Shown piece by piece: positions 1 through 9,523 of a stretch of DNA of 32,000 bases. Positions within the stretch are counted from its first letter, which is position 1. The number at the start of each line of letters is the position of its first letter. Position numbers and translations under genes: made by a program. A model generated the notes under the pieces. That model was not told the DNA's origin. It did not search any database and saw only the letters and a program-made list of their open reading frames with translations. Source of the DNA: an uncultured Oscillospiraceae bacterium (lineage in GTDB: Bacteria; Bacillota; Clostridia; Oscillospirales; Ruminococcaceae); contig CAYJGQ010000009.1 in the NCBI GenBank assembly GCA_964369885.1, positions 1 to 32,000 on the forward strand. Direction: 5' to 3'.

Positions 1-205
1 AGGTGGACGAAAACTCCCCTCGCCCCAGGCCTTTGGCCGGGGGCGAAGTTTTTTGTAATCTTTCTGATTACAGGCACTTCTTCGGCGGTGCGTGGCTGCG
101 GCTTTCCTGCCTTTTGTCCTCGCACGCTCGGACGGCAGTTGCCCCCGCCTGCGGCAGTGGCACCCACTTCGTGGGCAAAGCCTCCGCCCCACCCCTACGC
201 CTATC
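1..205 (+). repeat. GC-rich modular intergenic repeat, copy A1 (5' end cut by window edge)
   Basis: No credible CDS. Positions about 20-201 align by eye, in the same orientation, with 18387-18546. Shared blocks are GGTG(C)GTGGCTGC, GCACGC..GGCAGT.GCCCC, GGCAGTG and GGGCAA.G..T..GCCCCACC..TACGCC. Hairpins at 22-44 and 54-72 have positional counterparts in copy B. Confidence 0.6.
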
Positions 206-250
206 GCTTGGTACTGCGTGAGGCTACCGCCATGGTAGTGCCTATGCCAT

Positions 251-282
251 GCGCCGCCCTCGGGGGGCGGCGCTGTGTTGTC
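251..282 (+). terminator. Terminator-like GC hairpin with no upstream CDS
   Basis: GCGCCGCCC / GGGCGGCGC 9-bp stem (251-273) with a 5-nt loop, followed by TGTGTTGTCT. No plausible protein gene lies upstream within the window. Confidence 0.35.
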
Positions 283-377
283 TAAATCTACCCCATTGAT
301 GAAGGTGGGGGCGGTATTTCCTAAACCTATCATTTATATATAGGTAATGTCAGAAAGGTATTGTCCGCCACACGGCA

Positions 378-506
378 AAGCCCTGTCCCCATGCCCCCAC
401 AAACGCCCCACCCACATCAAACCTCGCGTTGTCGCCTCCCCCTTGGGGGAGGACAGTGCGCCCCACAGCACGGGAGGGGGGCGTGTTCAGCCGCGACCAC
501 GCGGTG
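378..506 (+). repeat. GC-rich modular repeat, short unit A2
   Basis: C-run block CCCTGTCCCCATGCCCCCACAAACGCCCCACCC resembles 18334-18353 (CCTTGCCCCACACCCCACAAAC). It contains the CCTCCCCC-TT-GGGGGAGG hairpin (435-452). The CGCCCCACAGCACGGGAGGGGGGCG..GACCACGCGGTG end resembles 18543-18578. Confidence 0.5.
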
Positions 507-552
507 CCCTCAATACAAATGTCAAATTGCTAATAATTCTTGCATTTATGTA

Positions 553-581
553 TTGAATTGACACAATAAAGGGTATATTAT
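553..581 (+). promoter_or_regulatory. Candidate sigma-A promoter of the V-ATPase operon
   Basis: TTGAAT (553-558), 17-nt spacer, TATTAT (576-581), about 75 nt upstream of the first operon ATG at 658. Confidence 0.4.
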
Positions 582-657
582 TATCTGTAGTAGAGTAAAT
601 CATTTTTTTGCGTAAATGAACAGCCGTGTGCATTACATCTGAAAAGAGGTAAGGGTA

Positions 658-969
658 ATGAATGAAATGCTGGCAAAACTTATAGAAACCGATAAACAGG
701 CCAGGGGGATGGTGATTGCGGCACGTCAGTACAACAGTGACACCATGAATAATCTTGGTAGTGACATAGCAAAACTCCGTGAGGATTATATGTCCCGAGC
801 CGAGCACCGCCTGCACCTGATTCATGAGGATGAGGATCAAACGGTACGCCATGCCGATGAAGACATGGCCGAGCGTTACAAGAAGCTTACTAAGATGCTG
901 GAGGACACCTATGCCCAGCGACGAGAACAGCTTTGCGATCAACTTTTTGAGCGATGTGTGGGAAGGTGA
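658..969 (+). CDS. Small coiled-coil V-type ATPase stalk subunit (G/H-like)
   Basis: 103-aa charged helical protein. It is the first gene of the operon, 7 nt upstream of subunit C, with a GAGGTAAGGG RBS. Assignment rests on position and composition only. Confidence 0.5.
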   Translation: MNEMLAKLIETDKQARGMVIAARQYNSDTMNNLGSDIAKLREDYMSRAEHRLHLIHEDEDQTVRHADEDMAERYKKLTKMLEDTYAQRREQLCDQLFERCVGR

Positions 970-976
970 ATGAGCT

Positions 977-2020
977 ATGTTAAGGAGATATTCCGAGAAG
1001 GCTATGCTGGCCAAGGTAAGGGCGAGGTTTGGCAAGCGGCTCACCGAGAAAAATTATGAGGAACTGTGTTCCTTGTCCTCAGTAAGTGGGGTGGCCTCCT
1101 ACCTAAAAAAGCATCCGCACTACAAGGACACCCTTGTTACGGTGGACCCACGCAATGTGCACCGCGGACAGCTTGAAGCGGTGCTCAGGCGGGGGATATT
1201 CTCGCAATATGCAGGGCTTGCGGGTTCACAGCCGGGAGGCGAGAATGGTTTTTACAACTATGTGATACTGCGCAGTGAGGTTGACCAAATAGTAACCATG
1301 TTGCGCCTAATACAGGCCGGCACCCCTGGAAATTACCTTTTAATTTTGCCAAACTACCTTATAAAATACGCATCATTTAATTTGGAAGCGCTTGGGCGCG
1401 CGACAAGTTTTGATGAACTGCTTGAGGTGCTGCGCCAAACCCAATACTATCAAATACTGCGCAGAAACCGCCCTGCGGGTTCAAAAAAAATAGACATAGC
1501 GGCCTGCGAGAGGGCGCTAATAACCCAGTACTATAACGCTGTTTTGGAGCTAATATCAAAACACTTTGACACAAACGAGCAGGAACAACTGCGAAAAATG
1601 CTTATGCTACATGTAGACATACAAAATCTTACCTATGTGTACCGCCTAAAGCGATTTTTTGATGCACCTCCCGAGCAAATTTTGGGGGCACTGCTTCCGT
1701 TTGACACCCCCTCAAAAAGGGTTATTGAGATTATGACCACCGCAAAAACCCCAAAGGAGCTGACCGATGCGCTAAGGGCCAGCAGATACCACTGGGACAA
1801 AAAGATAAACCCCGATAATCCCGATTACATCGAGGCGTTAACGGGGCGCAGGGAGTACGACCTTGCACTGCATAACATCCACTTTTCTTCCTCTCCTGCT
1901 GTGGTGCTTATGTCCTATATGACCCACCTTGAACAGGAAATAGACAACATAACCAATATCATTGAGGGTATAAGGTATGAACTTTCAAGGGAAGAGATAC
2001 AACATATGCTGATTTTATAG
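977..2020 (+). CDS. ntpC: V-type ATP synthase subunit C (V0 d-like)
   Basis: 347 aa. Size, operon position and sequence character match the AC39/subunit C family. GGAAGGTG RBS lies 8 nt upstream. Confidence 0.8.
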   Translation: MLRRYSEKAMLAKVRARFGKRLTEKNYEELCSLSSVSGVASYLKKHPHYKDTLVTVDPRNVHRGQLEAVLRRGIFSQYAGLAGSQPGGENGFYNYVILRSEVDQIVTMLRLIQAGTPGNYLLILPNYLIKYASFNLEALGRATSFDELLEVLRQTQYYQILRRNRPAGSKKIDIAACERALITQYYNAVLELISKHFDTNEQEQLRKMLMLHVDIQNLTYVYRLKRFFDAPPEQILGALLPFDTPSKRVIEIMTTAKTPKELTDALRASRYHWDKKINPDNPDYIEALTGRREYDLALHNIHFSSSPAVVLMSYMTHLEQEIDNITNIIEGIRYELSREEIQHMLIL

Positions 2021-2051
2021 ATATACGGTTAAAAATAACAATGGAAAGGCG

Positions 2052-4013
2052 GTGTGGCACTTGGGCATTGAAAAAATGAATTTGGTGAGCGTTGAGGGTG
2101 AACAGCGGTATTTGGATAACGCTCTTATTCGTTGTGCCCAATCGGGGCTGTTTCACCCTGAGCAGGCGGCGGTTATATCGGAATATTCGGGAACCCTTGC
2201 CCCCATGCATCAGGAAAACACATTTACCCCACTTGTGAAGCGTGCCGAGGAATTTCTTGACGATTTGGGGCTTGAACCTCCACTGATATGGGGCGAGGAC
2301 CCGACAAATACTCAGGAAGAAATAAAGGCGGTGCTCGACGAGCTTGCGGTTGACCTAAAAAGGCTTGAGAGCAAACGCAGGGGTTATACACAGGCCATGG
2401 AAACCCACCAACAAACCCTGCGTCATCTGGAGCATTTGGCTACCTTGGATGTCAATTTTGACGATTTGTTTTCCTGCCAATACCTAAAAATACGTTTTGG
2501 CCGCCTGCCGGTGGACAGCTACGATAAGATTCATTTTTATGACGAAAAACCCTTTGTGTTTTTTACATTTGATAAGGACAGTGAGTATTATTGGAGCCTA
2601 TACCTCACCTCACGAGCCGACGCAACCGAGGTTGACAATCTTTTTGCATCGCTGTATTTTGAGCGACTAATAATTCCAAGCTATGCCCATGGCACGCCAC
2701 AAAAGGCCATACAAACCATACACGCCCACATGAAAACCACCCAAAAATCCCTTGACAATGCAGAGGCCGCCATCAGGGAGCTTGCAGGTCGTGAGGGTGG
2801 CCAGCTTATACGGGCCTGGTTGGCGCTGAAGTTTTGGGAGCACGAGGAGGACATGAAACTAAGGGCCATGGATTTGCGTCACTATGCCGCCACCGGCAAC
2901 AACCATTTTGAAATTATAGGGTTTGTGCCACAGCGTAGCATACCGCAGTTCAGGCAAAGCCTTGAGGGGCTGGAGGTAAAAATAGGGGTAAAACCTGCCG
3001 ATGCTGCAGGGGCAAGGCTAACCGTGCCGGTAAGTCTGCGCAATAACTGGCTAAACCGCCCCTTTGAAATGTTTGTAACCATGTACGGCCTGCCAAACTA
3101 CAAGGATTTTGACCCCACACCACTTGTATCCATAACATACATGCTGTTGTTTGGCATAATGTTTGGCGACGTGGGTCAGGGGCTTACAATATCCCTTATC
3201 GGTTGGCTGATGTACCGCTTTAAGAAGATGCAAATCGGCGAGGTTATGATTCGCATGGGGGTGGTATCGGCGCTGTTTGGGCTTGTGTATGGCTCGGTAT
3301 TTGGGTTTGAGTACCTGCTGGACCCCATGTATCACGCCCTGGGCTTTGCCCACAAACCGGTGCATGTAATGGAGGCCAACACCACAAACTTCATCCTAAT
3401 AGCCGCCGTGGGGCTTGGCGTGGTGATAATATCACTCTCCATGACACTGAATATAATCTTAAGCATAAGACGAAAACAGTGGGGGCGTGCATTTTTCTCA
3501 AACAATGGAGTTGCAGGCATGGTGTTCTATCTTTCGGCCATAGGTGCGGCGGTGGCCACACTGGCCTTTGGCTACGACATGTTGGTGCCGGCCTATGTAA
3601 TTCCACTGCTCATACTTCCATTTGTGGTAATGCTCCTAAGCTCTCCGCTTACAAAGCTTGTAATGGGCAAAAAAGATCTATTTCATGAGGGTGTTGGCAC
3701 ATTTTTGGCCGAGAGCATATTCGAGATGTTTGAGGTGCTACTAAGCTTTGTTACAAACACCATATCATTTTTGAGGGTGGGAGGATTTGTACTGGTTCAT
3801 GCCGGCATGATGGCGGTGGTATTCACCCTGTCGGGCATGGTGTCCACGGCCGCAAGCCCCATAATCATAATCCTTGGCAATGCCTTTGTTATGGGCATCG
3901 AAGGTCTTATTGTAGGCATACAGGTGCTCCGACTTGAGTTCTACGAAATTTTCAGCCGCTTTTATGACGGCGATGGCAAGGCCTACCAACCTGTGTCGGC
4001 AGATCATGTGTAA
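2052..4013 (+). CDS. ntpI: V-type ATP synthase subunit I (a-subunit, membrane stator)
   Basis: 653 aa with a soluble coiled N-terminal half and a polytopic C-terminal half, including the conserved LRLEFYEFF-like tail. The true start may be TTG 2061 (LGIEKMNLV, typical subunit I N-terminus) rather than GTG 2052. Confidence 0.85.
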   Translation: MWHLGIEKMNLVSVEGEQRYLDNALIRCAQSGLFHPEQAAVISEYSGTLAPMHQENTFTPLVKRAEEFLDDLGLEPPLIWGEDPTNTQEEIKAVLDELAVDLKRLESKRRGYTQAMETHQQTLRHLEHLATLDVNFDDLFSCQYLKIRFGRLPVDSYDKIHFYDEKPFVFFTFDKDSEYYWSLYLTSRADATEVDNLFASLYFERLIIPSYAHGTPQKAIQTIHAHMKTTQKSLDNAEAAIRELAGREGGQLIRAWLALKFWEHEEDMKLRAMDLRHYAATGNNHFEIIGFVPQRSIPQFRQSLEGLEVKIGVKPADAAGARLTVPVSLRNNWLNRPFEMFVTMYGLPNYKDFDPTPLVSITYMLLFGIMFGDVGQGLTISLIGWLMYRFKKMQIGEVMIRMGVVSALFGLVYGSVFGFEYLLDPMYHALGFAHKPVHVMEANTTNFILIAAVGLGVVIISLSMTLNIILSIRRKQWGRAFFSNNGVAGMVFYLSAIGAAVATLAFGYDMLVPAYVIPLLILPFVVMLLSSPLTKLVMGKKDLFHEGVGTFLAESIFEMFEVLLSFVTNTISFLRVGGFVLVHAGMMAVVFTLSGMVSTAASPIIIILGNAFVMGIEGLIVGIQVLRLEFYEIFSRFYDGDGKAYQPVSADHV

Positions 4014-4114
4014 TTTGTAGCCGTCATGAACTAAGTGATAATTTTAGGCAAAGCAAAACAAAATTCACCCCCATAAATACAGGGGGATTTATCGTAAAAA
4101 TAGGAGGTTGTACT

Positions 4115-4570
4115 ATGTCTATTGCTATGATGCTTCTTGCGCCCTTGGCCGCACTTATTTTGCTGGCCATGCCCCTTGTGCCCATATACAGGGGCGTAAC
4201 CACCGGCACCGCCGCAAAAAACGCCGTAATTTTTAACCTTTGTGCCTTTTTTGGTGTGGCGCTTCTTATGATAATTCTGCCGCTGTCCAATGTTACGTTG
4301 GCGCAGGAAATGGGGGTCGCCGCCGAGAGTGTCTCCCAGATTGTAGGTGTATCCACCGGCACGGGCATGGCCTACCTTGCCGCCGCACTGGTTACGGGGT
4401 TGTCCTCCATAGGTGCCGGCATAGCTGTTGCCGCCGCCGCCCCTGCCGCCATTGGTGCCTTTAGTGAGGACCCTCAGGCCTTTGGTAAGGCGCTGATATT
4501 TGTGGCCATGGGCGAGGGTGTGGCACTTTACGGCATACTAATTTCAATACTGATAATAAACAGCCTGTGA
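4115..4570 (+). CDS. ntpK: V-type ATP synthase subunit K (proteolipid c-ring)
   Basis: The C-terminal ~70 aa form a Gly/Ala-rich helical hairpin with the carboxylate in AMGEGVALYG. The N-terminal ~75 aa form two further hydrophobic helices without the GxGxG pattern. Strong AGGAGG RBS. Confidence 0.8.
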   Translation: MSIAMMLLAPLAALILLAMPLVPIYRGVTTGTAAKNAVIFNLCAFFGVALLMIILPLSNVTLAQEMGVAAESVSQIVGVSTGTGMAYLAAALVTGLSSIGAGIAVAAAAPAAIGAFSEDPQAFGKALIFVAMGEGVALYGILISILIINSL

Positions 4571-4587
4571 GAAAATAGGAGGCTGTT

Positions 4588-4896
4588 ATGCGTTTTTATT
4601 TGATAAGTGACAATGTTGACACAAGGGTTGGCATGAGGCTGGCCGGCATAGTGGGCGAGGTTGTGCACACGGCCGATGAGGTAGAGCAGCAGCTTGAAAA
4701 AGCCTGTGCCCTGCCCGATGTGGGTGTGGTGCTTATAACCTCTAAGCTTGTACAGCTCTGCCCCGAGCTTGTGTACCGCTACAAGCTTACCCAAAAACTT
4801 CCGCTGATAGTAGAGATAAGCGACCGCCACGGCGAGGGTGGAGTATCTCAGGCCATAACACGCTACATCAAGGAATCGGTGGGCATAAGCATCTAA
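4588..4896 (+). CDS. V-type ATP synthase subunit F
   Basis: 102 aa. MRFYLISD..GMRLAGI..VVLIT pattern is typical of V-ATPase F. TAGGAGG RBS. Confidence 0.8.
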   Translation: MRFYLISDNVDTRVGMRLAGIVGEVVHTADEVEQQLEKACALPDVGVVLITSKLVQLCPELVYRYKLTQKLPLIVEISDRHGEGGVSQAITRYIKESVGISI

Positions 4897-4958
4897 AGGT
4901 GTGCCAACCACCCAAAGCACCCCTCTGAAAAAAGTGGGCAGATTGGAGTATAGATAAT

Positions 4959-5555
4959 ATGGCAAATATTGAAGAGCGCATGGCTATGATTGAAAAGGCT
5001 GTATTAGCCGAGGCCCAAAGAGAGAGCGAGGGCATACGAAGCCAAACCGATGAATACCGCAAAAGGGAACTTGACAAGGTGGAGGACAAAATTTTAGGCG
5101 AGCTTTATGGCAAGATACAGCAGGAGGTTTCCCACCTGCACAGCGTAAACACCACCGATATATCCCACCACGAAACCGAGCACCGCCACGCCCTACTGCA
5201 CCGCCGTGAGGAGCTGACCGAGGAGCTTTTTGAAACGGTGGCAAAGCGGCTTTGTGATTATGCCCAAACCGAGCAGTACCGCAAGCAACTGCTTGAGAGC
5301 GCACGGGAGATGGCCGACAACTTTCCGTTACACGGCGGCAAACTTATGATATCCTCAAAAGATGGCACACTGCTTGGAGATCTGCAGGAAATTGTGGGTC
5401 AGGGTTGCACCGTAACCCCCGACTCTTCCATAAAACTTGGAGGGTTGCGGCTTGAAAACATAGAGGCCGGCATAGTGGTGGACGAGACCCTTGATACAAA
5501 ACTTGAGGAACAACGCCCCTGGTTCTACTCCCATTCGGGGCTTAGTTTTGAGTGA
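4959..5555 (+). CDS. ntpE: V-type ATP synthase subunit E
   Basis: 198 aa with a long charged N-terminal helix and a globular C-terminus. Operon position lies between F and A. Confidence 0.7.
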   Translation: MANIEERMAMIEKAVLAEAQRESEGIRSQTDEYRKRELDKVEDKILGELYGKIQQEVSHLHSVNTTDISHHETEHRHALLHRREELTEELFETVAKRLCDYAQTEQYRKQLLESAREMADNFPLHGGKLMISSKDGTLLGDLQEIVGQGCTVTPDSSIKLGGLRLENIEAGIVVDETLDTKLEEQRPWFYSHSGLSFE

Positions 5556-5650
5556 TTAAGAAGTTTGAGAGAATTATTTTTAGATTAACTTTTTTTGGGG
5601 GTAGGGCCTGTGGCCGATAGTCCCCGCCAAAGAAAAGAGGAATTTATCAA

Positions 5651-7423
5651 ATGGACAATAAAATTTATTCCATAAACGGTCCTGTTGTAAAGGTGGAGAA
5701 CACCAAGGATTTTTCCATGCGGGAGATGGTGTTTGTAGGAAAGCGCAGGTTGGTGGGGGAGGTCATAGCCATATCCGACCACCACACCACCATACAGGTT
5801 TATGAGGTAACAACAGGGCTAAAACCGGGCGAGATGGTGGAGGGCACGGGCTATCCCATAAGCGCCACACTGGGCCCCGGCATACTATCGAATATATTTG
5901 ATGGCATAGAGCGTCCGCTAAAGGAGCTTGAAAAGCAGACGGGAGCCTTCCTGGACGAGGGCTCGACCATACCTGCACTTGATGAGGAATGTTTGTGGGA
6001 GGTTACCCCCACCGTGAGTGTGGGTCAGGAACTTGTGGGGGGAGAGGTTTACGCCACCTGTCCCGAAACGCCCATTATAGAGCATAGATGTATGCTGTCG
6101 CCCGAGCTGTCGGGCAGGGTGGAGTGGGTGGCCCCAAAGGGTAGCTACCGACTAAATGACTGTGTGGTAAAGTTGATTGATAACCGTGGGGACGAGCATG
6201 AAATAACACTTTGTCAGCGCTGGCCAATAAGGGTGGCTCGTCCTGTGGCAGGTCGTCTGCCCATAAGCCGCCCCCTAATAACGGGTCAGAGGGTAATTGA
6301 CACCCTTTTCCCCATAGCTAAGGGGGGCACAGCGGCGGTGCCGGGTGGGTTTGGCACCGGAAAAACCATGACACAGCATCAACTGGCCAAATGGTCGGAT
6401 GCCGACATAATTGTATACATTGGCTGTGGCGAGCGTGGCAATGAGATGACCCAGGTGCTTGAGGAGTTTTCCGAGCTTGTAGACCCCAAAAGTGGCAAGG
6501 CGCTGACCGACCGAACCGTGCTTATTGCCAACACCTCCAACATGCCGGTGGCGGCCCGCGAAGCCTCGATATATACCGGCATAACCCTGGCCGAGTACTA
6601 CCGCGATATGGGCTACCACGTGGCGGTTATGGCCGATTCCACCTCCCGTTGGGCCGAGGCACTGCGCGAAATTTCGGGACGGCTTGAAGAAATGCCGGCC
6701 GAGGAAGGTTTCCCGGCCTATCTGCCCTCACGTTTGTCGCAGTTTTATGAGCGAGCAGGCTATGTAATACCCCTATCGGGAGGAGAGGGCAGTGTGTCGA
6801 TAATAGGCGCGGTCTCACCACAGGGGGCAGATTTTTCCGAGCCTGTGACCCAAAACACCAAGAGATTTGTGCGGTGTTTTTGGGCGCTTGATCGCTCGCT
6901 TGCCTATGCAAGACACTATCCGGCCATAAACTGGATGACCAGTTACAGCGAGTACACCGACGACCTATCCGACTGGTACCGCCAAAATGTGGGTGATGGC
7001 TTTTTGCAGGCACGACAGGGGCTTTTGTCGCTACTTCAGGAGGAGAGCCAGCTCATGGAGATAGTAAAACTCATAGGCTCGGATGTGCTTCCCGACGATC
7101 AAAAACTGGTAATGGAGATTTGCAGGGTGATAAGGGTGGGCTTTTTACAGCAAAATGCCTACCACGCCGACGACACCTATGTATCTCCCCAGAAACAGCA
7201 AAAAATGATGGAAACAATACTTTATCTTTACGATAAATGTCACACCATGCTTTTGGCAGGTGCCACCCTGTCCGACATACTGGGTGGGCGAATATTTGAA
7301 AAGCTTATAAAAATGAAGTATGACATTCCAAACGACCGCCTTGATATGTTTGATCAGTATCAGGTGGATATAGATATGGAGCTTTCCCGTGTTTCGAGCG
7401 GGAGTATTGGGGGTGCCAAGTAA
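5651..7423 (+). CDS. ntpA: V-type ATP synthase catalytic subunit A
   Basis: 590 aa with Walker [10 protein letters not shown] and conserved motifs such as [29 protein letters not shown] and [11 protein letters not shown]. Confidence 0.95.
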   Translation: MDNKIYSINGPVVKVENTKDFSMREMVFVGKRRLVGEVIAISDHHTTIQVYEVTTGLKPGEMVEGTGYPISATLGPGILSNIFDGIERPLKELEKQTGAFLDEGSTIPALDEECLWEVTPTVSVGQELVGGEVYATCPETPIIEHRCMLSPELSGRVEWVAPKGSYRLNDCVVKLIDNRGDEHEITLCQRWPIRVARPVAGRLPISRPLITGQRVIDTLFPIAKGGTAAVPGGFGTGKTMTQHQLAKWSDADIIVYIGCGERGNEMTQVLEEFSELVDPKSGKALTDRTVLIANTSNMPVAAREASIYTGITLAEYYRDMGYHVAVMADSTSRWAEALREISGRLEEMPAEEGFPAYLPSRLSQFYERAGYVIPLSGGEGSVSIIGAVSPQGADFSEPVTQNTKRFVRCFWALDRSLAYARHYPAINWMTSYSEYTDDLSDWYRQNVGDGFLQARQGLLSLLQEESQLMEIVKLIGSDVLPDDQKLVMEICRVIRVGFLQQNAYHADDTYVSPQKQQKMMETILYLYDKCHTMLLAGATLSDILGGRIFEKLIKMKYDIPNDRLDMFDQYQVDIDMELSRVSSGSIGGAK

Positions 7424-8829
7424 TGAGCATACAGTTTGTGGGACTAAGCGACATAAACGGGCCATTGGTGGTGCTTGACCGTGCCATGGGGGTAGGCTAC
7501 GAGGAAATGGTGGAGCTTGAACTGCAGGACGGCACCACCCGCACCGGACGTGTGGTACAGATAGAGGGCAAAAGGGTGGTAATACAGGTTTTTGAGGGCA
7601 CAAGAGGGCTGTCGCTTACCAACACCAAAACCCGCCTTCTGGCCCACCCAATGCAAATACCGCTGTCAAAAGAAATGTTGGGCAGGGTGATGGGCGGTGC
7701 AGGGCGACCTGTGGACGGCCTGGGCGAGATATTTGCCGATGAATACGGCGACATAAACGGAAAGCCGCTAAACCCGGTGGCCAGGGTATACCCCCGAAAC
7801 TATATTCACACCGGGGTGTCGGCCATAGACTCCATGATGACCCTGATTCGTGGGCAAAAACTGCCCATATTCTCGGGTTCGGGCATGAACCACAATAAAT
7901 TGGCGGTGCAAATTGTACACCAAGCCCGTGTAAGCGGGGAGAGCAACAAAAATTTTTGCGTGGTGTTTGCCGCAATGGGGGTAAAAAATGATGTGGCCGA
8001 CTACTTCCGCCACAGTTTTGAGGAGGCGGGGGTACTGCAAAACGTCGTCATGTTCCTCAACCTATCAAACGACCCCATAATCGAGCGCATACTCACACCG
8101 CGATGTGCCCTAACCGCCGCCGAATATCTGGCCTATCGTCACGATATGCATGTGCTTGTAATACTAACAGATATGACCTCCTACGCCGAGGCACTTCGTG
8201 AGTTTTCCTCCTCCAAGGGGGAAATACCGGGACGAAAGGGCTACCCCGGCTACCTTTATTCCGACCTTGCCTCGCTTTACGAGCGTGCGGGAATAATAAA
8301 GGGCTCAAAGGGCTCGGTTACGCAGCTGCCCATACTCACCATGCCCAATGATGATATAACCCACCCCGTGCCCGACCTCACGGGATATATAACCGAAGGG
8401 CAGATAGTGCTCGACCGCAATCTTGACCGAGGTGGGCTGTATCCGCCTGTGTCGGTACTGCCAAGTTTGTCACGTCTTATGAAGGACGGCATAGGTGAGG
8501 GCTACACCCGCGAGGACCATGCGCCGCTGGCAAATCAGCTTTTTGCCTGCTATGCAAGGGTGCAGGATGCACGTTCGCTGGCCTCGGTAATTGGTGAGGA
8601 GGAGCTAAGTGCCGCCGACAAACAGATACTGCGCTTTGGACGTGAGTTTGAGGAGCGGTTTATAGGTCAACGTTTTGATGAAAACCGCAGTATGGAGCAA
8701 ACCCTGTCACTTGGCTGGGAGATGCTGGGTAAACTGCCCCGAGAGGTGCTCGACCGAATAGACGATGTGCTAATAGAGCAGTATTACCCCAGCCACGCCA
8801 AGGATAAAAAACCCATAGTACACCCATAA
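7423..8829 (+). CDS. ntpB: V-type ATP synthase subunit B
   Basis: 468 aa. [15 protein letters not shown] and [18 protein letters not shown] are typical of the B subunit. The start overlaps the subunit A stop (TAATG). Confidence 0.95.
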   Translation: MSIQFVGLSDINGPLVVLDRAMGVGYEEMVELELQDGTTRTGRVVQIEGKRVVIQVFEGTRGLSLTNTKTRLLAHPMQIPLSKEMLGRVMGGAGRPVDGLGEIFADEYGDINGKPLNPVARVYPRNYIHTGVSAIDSMMTLIRGQKLPIFSGSGMNHNKLAVQIVHQARVSGESNKNFCVVFAAMGVKNDVADYFRHSFEEAGVLQNVVMFLNLSNDPIIERILTPRCALTAAEYLAYRHDMHVLVILTDMTSYAEALREFSSSKGEIPGRKGYPGYLYSDLASLYERAGIIKGSKGSVTQLPILTMPNDDITHPVPDLTGYITEGQIVLDRNLDRGGLYPPVSVLPSLSRLMKDGIGEGYTREDHAPLANQLFACYARVQDARSLASVIGEEELSAADKQILRFGREFEERFIGQRFDENRSMEQTLSLGWEMLGKLPREVLDRIDDVLIEQYYPSHAKDKKPIVHP

Positions 8830-8842
8830 GGGAGGACAAGGC

Positions 8843-9523
8843 ATGACATCGCAGGACAATGTGTTTCCCACCAAGGGCAATTTGCTGGCCGGCAAAAAGT
8901 CGCTTCACCTTGCAAAGGTGGGGTATGAGCTGCTTGACCGCAAGCGCAACATACTAATACGCGAGATGATGTCGATGCTGGATAGTGCAGGTGCTCTGCG
9001 TGGCGAGATTGATCAAACCTACAAACGAGCCTATACGGCACTGCAACGTGCAAACATCACGCTGGGTATATGCGATGAAATTGCCGATTCGGTGGCCGAG
9101 GAAAACGGCCTTGAGGTGCAGTACAGAAGCGTAATGGGGGTGGAGCTACCCACCGTAAGCATAGACTGCCCCGAAAAGCCACGCCCAATATACAGCCTTG
9201 ACGGCACAAATTCACAGCTTGATTACGCCTACTTGTGTTTTCATCAGGTAAAGCTACTAACCGTCAAACTGGCCGAGATAGAAAACAGCATTTACAGGCT
9301 GGCCCAGGCCATAAAAAAGACCCAAGGCAGGGCCAATGCGCTACAAAATATAGTTATACCAAAGTATAATAAAAGCACAAAATATATCACCGAGTCGCTG
9401 GAGGAAAAGGAGCGGGAGGAGTTTTCCCGTCTTAAGGTAATAAAAACCACCAAGGAGCGCAGACAGGGTGAGGGTTTTGTGAGGAATAAAATCAGCAGCG
9501 ATACAGAGGAGGAAAAGGCATGA
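8843..9523 (+). CDS. ntpD: V-type ATP synthase subunit D (central stalk)
   Basis: 226 aa. PTKGNLL..K..L.LAK.GYELLDRKRNILIREM is the characteristic D N-terminus. AGGGAGGA RBS. Confidence 0.9.
   Translation: MTSQDNVFPTKGNLLAGKKSLHLAKVGYELLDRKRNILIREMMSMLDSAGALRGEIDQTYKRAYTALQRANITLGICDEIADSVAEENGLEVQYRSVMGVELPTVSIDCPEKPRPIYSLDGTNSQLDYAYLCFHQVKLLTVKLAEIENSIYRLAQAIKKTQGRANALQNIVIPKYNKSTKYITESLEEKEREEFSRLKVIKTTKERRQGEGFVRNKISSDTEEEKA

Noticed and set aside
3-556. Four 65-72-aa ORFs (3-221, 88-285, 347-556, 361-561) in the GC-rich upstream region
   Set aside because: Their Pro/Ala/Arg/Gly-rich translations overlap in different frames and have no RBS. The DNA is better explained as a structured repeat homologous to 18308-18578.
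487-1044. 185-aa minus-strand ORF overlapping the first two V-ATPase genes
   Set aside because: It is antisense to a tightly packed operon with good RBSs. It has no RBS and no recognisable protein features.
5556-5650. GC hairpin (GGGCC-TGT-GGCC within GGGG...CCCC) in the 95-nt gap between ntpE and ntpA
   Set aside because: It is short and lacks a T-tract or promoter. It is probably an intra-operon mRNA stability or spacing element, and I could not distinguish it from chance.
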